Of a stretch of DNA of 64,000 nt, positions 26,782 through 34,265 are shown one piece after another. Numbering within the stretch: the first letter of the stretch is position 1; every line of letters starts with the position of its first letter. Source of the stretch: Bacteroidales bacterium. Its GTDB lineage: Bacteria > Bacteroidota > Bacteroidia > Bacteroidales > UBA932. A program made the translations under genes and the position numbers. The notes below the pieces were generated by a model. The model was not told the DNA's origin. It saw only the letters and a list, made by a program, of their open reading frames with translations, and made no database searches. The DNA lies in the NCBI GenBank assembly GCA_017428325.1, contig JAFRRA010000005.1:126007-190006 (forward strand). Reading direction: 5' to 3'.

Positions 26782-27351
26782 ATGACAGAACTTGAAAAAC
26801 TAAATGCCGGCCTGCCATACTGCTATGCAGATGCGGAAATGATTGCCAGAAAGACTAGGGCAATAAAGTGGTGCGAAGAATACAATTCCATCGACGGAAC
26901 AGATTATGAGGCTCAGTACAAGTGCCTTCAGAAGATGCTGGGCTCTGTGGGAGAAAGAGTATGGATATCAAAGACATTTGGATGCGACTGCGGCAAGAAC
27001 ATTTTCATCGGGAATGACTTTACAGGTAATTTCAACCTGACAATCTTGGATATCCGTGAGGTTTACATCGGCAACAACGTGATGATAGGGCCAAACACTC
27101 TTATCACAACAGTCGGTCATCCTCTTTCTCCAAAGGGCAGGCGGGAATATATCGCTGAAGCCAAACCTGTGAGGATTGGCAACGATGTCTGGATTGGCGG
27201 AAACGTAACCATTCTGCCAGGAGTCACGATAGGCAACAATGTAGTCATAGCTGCCGGAGCAGTGGTTCACGAAGATATTCCGGACAACTGCCTTATAGGA
27301 GGAGTTCCAGCATACAAGATCAAAGATCTGCCTAACGATGTCGAAGACTGA
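26782..27351 (+). CDS. Maltose/galactoside O-acetyltransferase family (hexapeptide repeat)
   Basis: The N-terminal Mac domain reads MTELEKLNAGLPY. Left-handed beta-helix hexapeptide repeats follow (IGNNVMIGPN, IGNDVWIGGNVTILPGVTIGNNVVIAAGAVV). Confidence 0.85.
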   Translation: MTELEKLNAGLPYCYADAEMIARKTRAIKWCEEYNSIDGTDYEAQYKCLQKMLGSVGERVWISKTFGCDCGKNIFIGNDFTGNFNLTILDIREVYIGNNVMIGPNTLITTVGHPLSPKGRREYIAEAKPVRIGNDVWIGGNVTILPGVTIGNNVVIAAGAVVHEDIPDNCLIGGVPAYKIKDLPNDVED

Positions 27352-28051
27352 TATCCTGCTTCAAAAGATGCTTCTCTGCCGCGACGAGAGTCAGGTGGCG
27401 GGGCTGATGCGTTTCTTCAAGACAGGTCTGGGGCAATATGGGGAGGGGGACAAGTTCCTGGGCATCAAGGTACCTGTCACGAGGGAAGTTGTAAAGGAGT
27501 GCTGGAAGGAAGTTTCCTTTGAGAATCTTGAGGAGTGTATTCTCAGCGATTATCACGAGGTACGCCTTGCCGCTCTGCTCTGCCTGGTGGAGATTTTCTC
27601 CCACAACAAGAAAGGGGGAGAAACCATACGAAAACAGTGCGTGGACTTCTATCTTGCGCACACTGACAGGATCAACAACTGGGATTTGGTGGACCTTTCC
27701 TGCTACAATCTGCTTGGAGCATGGCTACTTGACAAGGACAGGACTCTTCTGTATGACCTGGCCAAATACGGTAAGAATATCTGGGAACAGAGAATTGGAA
27801 TAGTTTCAACGATGGCCTTTCTTCGCAAGGGTCAGCTTGACGATACTTATGCCATTGCCGAAATATTGCTGAACCACCCTCACGACCTGATTCAGAAGGC
27901 GGTAGGGTGGCTGTTAAGAGAAGCCGGCAAGCGGGACGAGAAACGCTTGAGATCATTTCTGGATACCCGTTGCCGGACTATGCCCCGAACTATGCTGCGG
28001 TATGCAATCGAGAAGTTCCCTGAACCCCTCCGCCAGCACTATCTGCGCTAG
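27338..28051 (+). CDS. DNA alkylation repair protein (AlkD/AlkC-like HEAT-repeat)
   Basis: FFKTGLGQYGEGDKFLGIKVPVTRE...NNWDLVD...WEQRIGIVST...QKAVGWLLRE shows the typical AlkD-family pattern. Confidence 0.8.
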   Translation: MSKTDILLQKMLLCRDESQVAGLMRFFKTGLGQYGEGDKFLGIKVPVTREVVKECWKEVSFENLEECILSDYHEVRLAALLCLVEIFSHNKKGGETIRKQCVDFYLAHTDRINNWDLVDLSCYNLLGAWLLDKDRTLLYDLAKYGKNIWEQRIGIVSTMAFLRKGQLDDTYAIAEILLNHPHDLIQKAVGWLLREAGKRDEKRLRSFLDTRCRTMPRTMLRYAIEKFPEPLRQHYLR

Positions 28052-28629
28052 CTCTCTGAGGTGAGGTCCTTGATCTGGGCCAGAGTTTCGTCAGACTTGC
28101 TGAGGATGTTGTGGCGCATCATAAGGCCGAGTGCTCCGCCGATTACGATTCCCACTCCAAGACCGACGAGCATTGGTGCTCTGAGTTCTGCCGGGAATTT
28201 TCCGTTTGTGTAGATTTCGTAGACCATGCCTCCGAGCCACAGGATAAGCAGAGGAATTCCGATCCAGAGCCAGTTGGCATAGCCTTTCTTGAAGCGTACT
28301 ATTCCCTTGGCTGCAGTTACGAGGTCCGTGTTCATGTTAGGGAGCCTGTTGTTGATTATGATGGTTGCTACCAGGCAGAAAGCCAGCATTACCTCTGTCG
28401 CGATTACAAAAGGAATAGAGAATCCCACATTCAGGAGGTTGAGGCAGAGGAGCATTGCAACAACTCCTATTATAGTTTGCCAGAGAGCCTTTCTCTGGAG
28501 ATTGCCGAGAGTCTTGCGGTAGGCATTGCGGAGGAGCTTGTCGTTGACGATGGATTCTCCTTCCAGTTTTTCCTTCATCTGGCGCATCTGCTGCTGCATT
28601 TCGTTGAGTATGTTATCTGTGTTTTCCAT
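28048..28629 (-). CDS. Membrane protein downstream of ECF sigma (possible anti-sigma/partner)
   Basis: The N-terminus is coiled-coil (NEMQQQMRQMKEKLEGE) and is followed by 4 TM helices. The ATG at 28627-28629 abuts the sigma stop. Confidence 0.55.
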   Translation of the reverse strand: MENTDNILNEMQQQMRQMKEKLEGESIVNDKLLRNAYRKTLGNLQRKALWQTIIGVVAMLLCLNLLNVGFSIPFVIATEVMLAFCLVATIIINNRLPNMNTDLVTAAKGIVRFKKGYANWLWIGIPLLILWLGGMVYEIYTNGKFPAELRAPMLVGLGVGIVIGGALGLMMRHNILSKSDETLAQIKDLTSES

Positions 28630-28630
28630 T

Positions 28631-29101
28631 TTAGTGCATCTTTTTGAGTTGTTCTTTGATTCTGACAAGACGGACAGAGACATTTTTGGTGCTGATTCCG
28701 ACAATCTGGCCTATCTCCTCGTAGCTGAGGTTTTCCAGCCACAGCAGGACTATTGCCCTGTCAAAAGGCCCTAGCTTGGAGATTCTGTCTTTCAGAAGGT
28801 TGGCCTGGATAGAAGCCGTATCGCGGTCTTCAAAGAGGTCTATCTTCATCGATAGAGGTTCCTTTCTCGGCATACGCCTTTTCTTGCGGTCTGAAGAGAT
28901 GCAGGTGTTGAGGCTTACCTTCCATATCCAGGAGTTCAGGCTGCTTTCCCCACGGAAAGTTCCGGATCCTTTCCAGAGGTTGATCAGGATCTCCTGGAAG
29001 AGGTCAGCAACCTCCTCTTTGTCCTGCGAGAACATATAGCAGACGGTATAGATCGTCCCCTTGTGTTCCCTGACCATTTTTTCGAATTCTTTTTCTGTCA
29101 T
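28631..29101 (-). CDS. ECF-type RNA polymerase sigma factor
   Basis: The 156-aa ORF has region 2 (DLFQEILINLWKG...NSWIWKVSLNTCIS) and region 4 (YEEIGQIVGISTKNVSVRLVRIKEQL). Confidence 0.85.
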   Translation of the reverse strand: MTEKEFEKMVREHKGTIYTVCYMFSQDKEEVADLFQEILINLWKGSGTFRGESSLNSWIWKVSLNTCISSDRKKRRMPRKEPLSMKIDLFEDRDTASIQANLLKDRISKLGPFDRAIVLLWLENLSYEEIGQIVGISTKNVSVRLVRIKEQLKKMH

Positions 29102-29193
29102 GTCCGTTTTGTTTGTTTCTGCCCATTAGACGCAGAACCACTGGAAAAACTACACAAAGGTCAGAAAAATTTTAACGTGGGTGATGATTGATC

Positions 29194-32082
29194 CTAGAAG
29201 ATCATGCTCCAGGCGGCTTTCTGGGCTCTCTGGCTGTTTGCGGCGTTCATCTTGCCAAAGTTCCATTTGACACCGAATAGGATGTAGCGCCCCATCACAA
29301 GCCGGTAGGTGTCTTCTTCATAGTTTGCCGCTACCGTATGGCGCAAGTTGCGGGTCTGGTTAAGGATATCGCGAACCCTTACACTCAGGTTAAATGCTCC
29401 TATATTCTTTGATATTTCCGCATTCCACTGCCATTCCGGCTTTCCGTATCCTTTTGCGTATCCTTTGTAGCAGACATAGGAAATGTCGGAGATGAACTCG
29501 AATTCGTGTTTTGTGGTGTATGTGCCTTCTGCAAAGAAGCTGGTGCTCAGTGTATTGGTATTCACACTGTTATCAAGAGAATATCGGGATATCCTTGCCT
29601 CGGTATCCGCTCCGGCAGAGAACGTATACTGCTTCTGGTTGCATCTGATCTTGAAACTGGCGTCTGGAATAAAGAGTCTGGTCTTGCTCTTTCTGAAGCC
29701 GCTAAGGCCTTCATAGAAGCGGTTGCCCTTGCTGTCTCCCCAGAAGTCTGCCATAAAAGCTGTGTAGTCAAAGGTCTCCCTGTCCAGAGCCGGAAGCGTA
29801 CCTGTTGCCTGATAGCTTGAAGAGAATGAATAATTGCTGCTTGCGGAAAGGCTCAGAGACCATATCTTCTTGGAATCCAGAGGGGTGGTATAGTTAACAT
29901 CTATCCAGCCTGAATAATAAGGATCTTTAGAGTTTACCGGAATGGAATAGAGTATTCCGTCTGAATCATACCAAAGGGCACTGGTGATGGTCTTGGTATT
30001 GAAGCTGAAGCTTCCGTAAACCATAAGGTTGGTGAATTTTGCCCTGTTGTTCCGGTTATAGTTTGCGGATATATTGGTATTCGTATATGGCTTGAGATAA
30101 ATGTTTCCCAGTCTCAAGCTGGAAGGGTTGCTGATATTCAGTACCGGCAGCATCCTGCTGTTGCCGGGTTTCTGGCTGCTTCCGCTAAGGTGCAGATTGA
30201 ATCGGTCGGAACCTTTTGAAAGCTGGAGCCGGAGTGTTGGGGCTACATACCAGTTCCATTCTCCCTTTCCTGTAGTGTCCAGTACGTTAAAGCTTTGGGA
30301 GATGAGCTGGTTTAGAGTTCCGTTGGCGGTCACTCCGAATGTTACCCAGCTCTGCTTATCCCACTTGTACTGGGTTGTAAGGTCATACTGCTGAATAATG
30401 TTGTGGTTTTTGCTCACCGATGAATAGTAGCTGTTCTTTCCGCCTGCGTCAAAAGCGTCTCTGATGCTTTTTGAATCATTAAGGGTTAACTGAGTCTGGG
30501 CGGAAAGGGTCAGCTTGTCTGAAACGGGTTCCGTATATCGCAGAAGACCAAGTGTGTAGTATGTGTTGGAATTAGATACATAGTGCATCGTTCGCTTGTC
30601 CTCTCCGGATGCTGTCTTGAATATGGATGACTCGTCGCTGTAGCCGTCGTTGTTATTGATGGAGCTGTTAATGTTAAAGTGAAGAGACCTGTCACGCTTT
30701 CCCCCGATTTCCCTTAAAGTAAAGCCGGTGCTGAGCATTGCATATCTTGTAAGGGAATGGTTGCGGGAGTTGTTCTCGGACTGGTTTACAAGAGACTCTT
30801 CCCTGTATGTTTCGGATGATCCGTTGCTGTATGTGTCTGATTTGGTAAACTTAAAGCGCGGGACAAAGCTAAGCCATACCTTGCCTTTCTGCTTCTTCAT
30901 TTCAAGATTCACGCCAGCGTCGTTGCTGAACCCTCTTCCGGATCTTTGACTAGAGGTTAAAAGATTACCGTTTTCCTGGAAGGTTTTCCTGTAGCTTTTA
31001 GCCCCGGATTCAGTATCTGTGTATTTGTAGTTTCCGGCCAGGGTTGTCTCAAAATCCTTGATTCTGGAGGTGTTGACATTAAATCCGAGTTGAGCCGCAG
31101 AAGAAAGACCCGGTTCGGATGAGGTCCTTTCTCCGTCCGAAACGAATACTACTCTTATTGTATTGTCGGAAGCAACTATATTCATTCCGTTGGCTATGAC
31201 CGTAACCTGGTCTTTCTCGTTGTAGGCGGCAACCAGGGCATTGGCATAGTATAATGCTCCGCGATTGTCTCTAAGTGGCTCGTCGTTTTTCTTGCCCTCG
31301 ATGGTAGTTCCGCCCTTAATGCTTGCATTGCCGAACCATCCCTGTTCGTATTCTTTCTTCAACCCCACGTCCAGAATCTTTTCACGGTTTCCGTCCTGAA
31401 TTCCTGTTGCTCTGGTTTGTTCGGATTCCCTGTCTATTACGCGTATCTTGTCAACAATTGCCGCCGGAAGATTGTTCAGCGCAGTAGCCTGGTCATCAAA
31501 GAAGAAGGTCCGCCCTCCAACCGTGAGTTTGGATATGGCTTCTCCGTTGAATATCACCTTGCCCTGATCGTTGATTTCCATTCCAGGCATCCTCTTTATC
31601 AGGTCTTTGAGCATTGCATTGGCTCCCACCCTGAAAGAAGAGGCGGTGAACTCGATTGTATCCTGTTTTATCACGATGGGGTTGCCAACATCGGTGACGG
31701 TAATCGCAGAGAGATAATTCTCATCCAGTTTGAGCTTGACAGTCCCCATATCCACCCTTTCTTCCCTGAAATACTTCTCTTTGGAGTAATGCTTGTAACC
31801 CATCATCTCGATATGGAAGACATATCTGCCGAACGGCACATCTTTAAGGGTTGCAACACCGGACGTGTCTGATATTATGAAATTTGTAATGGTGGTGTCT
31901 TTTGCCGGAACAACATACACGGAAGCATATGGAATAGCCTCGCTGGTCAGGGAGTCTATGATCTTCACACTTATGTTGCTCATCATCCTGTTGGTCAGAT
32001 TATCGTTGCCAATGAAAATCTGCGCCCTGGCAGAAAGGCTGAATACAAGTGTCAGTATTATCGCGATAAATATCTTTTTCAT
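29194..32082 (-). CDS. Outer-membrane beta-barrel receptor with CarboxypepD_reg-like and plug-like N-terminal domains
   Basis: The protein has a signal peptide (MKKIFIAIILTLVFSLSARAQ). The N-terminal domain reads VKIIDSLTSEAIPYASVYVV...SDTSGVATLKDVPFGRYVF. The plug-like segment is LKDLIKRMPGMEINDQGKVIFNGE. A long barrel of alternating beta strands ends in an aromatic residue (...AAWSMIF). Confidence 0.8.
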   Translation of the reverse strand: MKKIFIAIILTLVFSLSARAQIFIGNDNLTNRMMSNISVKIIDSLTSEAIPYASVYVVPAKDTTITNFIISDTSGVATLKDVPFGRYVFHIEMMGYKHYSKEKYFREERVDMGTVKLKLDENYLSAITVTDVGNPIVIKQDTIEFTASSFRVGANAMLKDLIKRMPGMEINDQGKVIFNGEAISKLTVGGRTFFFDDQATALNNLPAAIVDKIRVIDRESEQTRATGIQDGNREKILDVGLKKEYEQGWFGNASIKGGTTIEGKKNDEPLRDNRGALYYANALVAAYNEKDQVTVIANGMNIVASDNTIRVVFVSDGERTSSEPGLSSAAQLGFNVNTSRIKDFETTLAGNYKYTDTESGAKSYRKTFQENGNLLTSSQRSGRGFSNDAGVNLEMKKQKGKVWLSFVPRFKFTKSDTYSNGSSETYREESLVNQSENNSRNHSLTRYAMLSTGFTLREIGGKRDRSLHFNINSSINNNDGYSDESSIFKTASGEDKRTMHYVSNSNTYYTLGLLRYTEPVSDKLTLSAQTQLTLNDSKSIRDAFDAGGKNSYYSSVSKNHNIIQQYDLTTQYKWDKQSWVTFGVTANGTLNQLISQSFNVLDTTGKGEWNWYVAPTLRLQLSKGSDRFNLHLSGSSQKPGNSRMLPVLNISNPSSLRLGNIYLKPYTNTNISANYNRNNRAKFTNLMVYGSFSFNTKTITSALWYDSDGILYSIPVNSKDPYYSGWIDVNYTTPLDSKKIWSLSLSASSNYSFSSSYQATGTLPALDRETFDYTAFMADFWGDSKGNRFYEGLSGFRKSKTRLFIPDASFKIRCNQKQYTFSAGADTEARISRYSLDNSVNTNTLSTSFFAEGTYTTKHEFEFISDISYVCYKGYAKGYGKPEWQWNAEISKNIGAFNLSVRVRDILNQTRNLRHTVAANYEEDTYRLVMGRYILFGVKWNFGKMNAANSQRAQKAAWSMIF

Positions 32083-32146
32083 TCCCAAATCTGTTAGGAG
32101 CGGCTTACGGGATGCAATATAAAAAAAAATCAGTTGATTATGAAAA

Positions 32147-32743
32147 TCAATCGTCTTTCTTGACAGTGTATCTGGTACCGTTGATGGTGATAAACTCTAC
32201 AGGTTTCCCGTCTATAGAGACGCTTCCGTCTGCCTCTGTTTTTGCCCCGGGAATGATTTTGAGAAGTGTTTTTAGGTCTGATTTCTTAAGCACGTTCTGG
32301 TTTGGCTGGGTTTCTATGAAAGTGGTGATCAGGATTTTTGGGCCATTCTTGTCCGGATTCTCCTTTTGCTCGCTTCTAATGCTCTTCATAGTCCTCTCCG
32401 ATGATCCCAACACTTTTTTTAGATAATCGTTCCCTTCTTTATGACCATATTTTTTGCCATCTATGATAAAAGACATGTTAGGATAATCCGGTTCGGTAGT
32501 AGCGGTTGCTATGCCGAAAAAAGAACCTCTTCCCTGAGACGATGTTCTGATAGAGTGGACAGTAACTGCATCTTTTCCCTTCCCGGTGCCTGAAATCTTG
32601 TAATCTTTGATTATCTTGCCTTTAAGCTGAGAGCCATCAAAATTATCTACGGTTATGTCATCTATGACATAAACAACCTTCTGGGCAAATGCTCCGCAGC
32701 AAGCCAGAAGAATGACGGTTGTAAGTAATAATATCTTTTTCAT
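32147..32743 (-). CDS. Secreted/lipoprotein with C-terminal plug-like segment
   Basis: The signal with Cys is LLACCGAFAQ. The C-terminal segment LKTLLKIIPGAKTEADGSVSIDGKPVEFITINGTRY is collinear with the plug-like segment of the adjacent receptor. Confidence 0.55.
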   Translation of the reverse strand: MKKILLLTTVILLACCGAFAQKVVYVIDDITVDNFDGSQLKGKIIKDYKISGTGKGKDAVTVHSIRTSSQGRGSFFGIATATTEPDYPNMSFIIDGKKYGHKEGNDYLKKVLGSSERTMKSIRSEQKENPDKNGPKILITTFIETQPNQNVLKKSDLKTLLKIIPGAKTEADGSVSIDGKPVEFITINGTRYTVKKDD

Positions 32744-32754
32744 AATTCTAAGTT

Positions 32755-33318
32755 TTAATAATCAATACCAGGAGAATTGAGTGAAATTAAGAAGAAAGAC
32801 TGGTCTTCTTCTGTTTGGGAAAGCAGATATTTCCCCTTGCTTCCGTCCGGGAAATAGGCTGTCAGGATATAGCCGCCTTCAATGGGCTCGAATTCACATT
32901 TTTCTGCTTCTTCCAGTGCGTTATTGGAGAATAGAAGTACTTGTTCTACCGGGTTGCCCGAATAGTTTTCACTCTGAGTCTCAGTAGATTGGGTCCGAAG
33001 AAGGAAAAACATCGCGACAGCTGCCGCAAGTCCTGCAAGGGAATATCCCCAAATTCGGCTATTTCTGTGTCTGGAAATAATGCTGTCAAACTCTTCCTCC
33101 GCGATAATATCATCTTCCAGAAGATAGTCTTTTCCTTTATCAGCCTCTACAAATAGATTTGCGTGGGCGAGGATTGCAGCAATCTTCTCTTCCTCTTTAT
33201 CCTGTGGCGGATTCTCTGCAAAGGATTCTGCAAGCAGGCGCTCTTCCTCTACAGATGTTTCAGCATCCAGGTATTTTTGGATGAGAGCTTTGCGGTTTAT
33301 GTTTCTTCTTGTTTCCAT
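32755..33318 (-). CDS. Single-pass membrane protein, putative anti-sigma factor
   Basis: The 187-aa ORF lies directly downstream of the ECF sigma. It has one central TM helix (WGYSLAGLAAAVAMFFLL) and a small extracytoplasmic domain. Confidence 0.5.
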   Translation of the reverse strand: METRRNINRKALIQKYLDAETSVEEERLLAESFAENPPQDKEEEKIAAILAHANLFVEADKGKDYLLEDDIIAEEEFDSIISRHRNSRIWGYSLAGLAAAVAMFFLLRTQSTETQSENYSGNPVEQVLLFSNNALEEAEKCEFEPIEGGYILTAYFPDGSKGKYLLSQTEEDQSFFLISLNSPGIDY

Positions 33319-33354
33319 TGCTGTATCTTCTGCGATTTATTCATTCTTTTTATA

Positions 33355-33849
33355 TTAAGTATTGAGGCTCTGAACCAGTGCTTTTCTGGCTGCTGAGATG
33401 GAACTCTTTACGCTGCCCTTGCTGCGTCCGGTTATGGCTGAAATCTCGTCAAGAGACAGGCCTGAAGCCCTGAGCCGCATCAGTTTGATGGTTCCTTCCG
33501 AGAAACCCTCCATAGTTCTGTTAAGTATCGCCGAGGCTTCTGTTTCCCTGATTCTGTTAAGAGCCGGGTTGTCAGAAACCGATGAGGTCTGCGCTTCAAG
33601 TCCGGAATGGGTTGCTCTACTTTTTTTGCGCCAGGCGGAAATGCAGGCATTCTTGGCGGCTCTAACGGCCCAGGCTTCTGCATTCAGGATATCCGTTCCG
33701 TTTTGCTTTGCTGTCCACAGTTTCAGAAGCACATCCTGTACGATGTCTTCCGGATCTGATTCCAGGTGGGCGGAAAGGAAAAACCTGCGTGTGAGGGCAA
33801 GAACCTTTGGTCTCAGCTGAGCGAGTTCTATGTCAAAGCTTTTTCCCAT
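33355..33849 (-). CDS. ECF-type RNA polymerase sigma factor
   Basis: Region 2 is DIVQDVLLKLW...AWAVRAAKNACISAWRK and region 4 is LDEISAITGRSKGSVKSSISAARKAL. I set the start at the ATG at 33847-33849. Confidence 0.8.
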   Translation of the reverse strand: MGKSFDIELAQLRPKVLALTRRFFLSAHLESDPEDIVQDVLLKLWTAKQNGTDILNAEAWAVRAAKNACISAWRKKSRATHSGLEAQTSSVSDNPALNRIRETEASAILNRTMEGFSEGTIKLMRLRASGLSLDEISAITGRSKGSVKSSISAARKALVQSLNT

Positions 33850-33933
33850 ATTCCGTATAGATAGACGCGCCGGTTCCGGAAAGTTAAGAAAAAAAAAGCG
33901 AGGGGTGCCGAAGGCGGGGTGAGATTGCTCCAC

Positions 33934-33959
33934 AAAAAAAGACAGCGGTTAAGCTGTCT
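33934..33959 (-). terminator. Rho-independent terminator after tRNA-Ala
   Basis: On the minus strand the stem is AGACAGC-ttaacc-GCTGTCT, followed by TTTTTTT. Confidence 0.65.
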
Positions 33960-33966
33960 TGATTTG

Positions 33967-34039
33967 TGGAGCATAGGGGAGTCGGACCCCTGACCTTTTG
34001 AATGCCATTCAAACGCTCTGCCAACTGAGCTAATGCCCC
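33967..34039 (-). tRNA. tRNA-Ala (anticodon GGC)
   Basis: The 73-nt cloverleaf is GGGGCAT-TA-GCTC-AGTTGGCA-GAGC-G-TTTGA-ATGGCAT-TCAAA-AGGTC-AGGGG-TCCGACT-CCCCT-ATGCTCC-A. It has the G3:U70 alanine identity pair. No CCA is encoded. Confidence 0.88.
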
Positions 34040-34049
34040 AACGGGACTG

Positions 34050-34057
34050 CAAATATA
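34050..34057 (-). promoter_or_regulatory. -7 box (TATATTTG) for tRNA-Ala
   Basis: The reverse complement of caaatata lies about 11 nt upstream of the mature tRNA 5' end. Confidence 0.55.
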
Positions 34058-34072
34058 TAAAAAAGTCTTGTT

Positions 34073-34264
34073 TTATCCCCTAAACAGCAGGATTATGATT
34101 GTGAAGATAACCGCAGCAATGAGAACTATAATCCAGCCCTTGTTGCCGCGTGGCTTCTTGGGTTCAAACTGATATTCGTACCAGATTCTCTGCTGCTCCA
34201 TCTGCTGGGCCATGTTCTGCAGATTCTGATGATCCTGATTGTCCTGCTGGTAGTTTTCTTCCAT
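34073..34264 (-). CDS. Small C-tail-anchored membrane protein, hypothetical
   Basis: The 63-aa ORF has a Gln/Asn-rich N-terminus and one TM helix (WIIVLIAAVIFTIIILLF). It begins 2 nt after the dipeptidase stop. Confidence 0.45.
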   Translation of the reverse strand: MEENYQQDNQDHQNLQNMAQQMEQQRIWYEYQFEPKKPRGNKGWIIVLIAAVIFTIIILLFRG

Positions 34265-34265
34265 A

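Noticed and set aside
33828-34052. A 74-aa ORF overlaps the tRNA-Ala locus, and a 65-aa ORF (39529-39726) overlaps the tRNA-Leu locus.
   Set aside because: The sequence folds into canonical tRNA cloverleaves with promoter boxes and terminators, so the ORFs are incidental.
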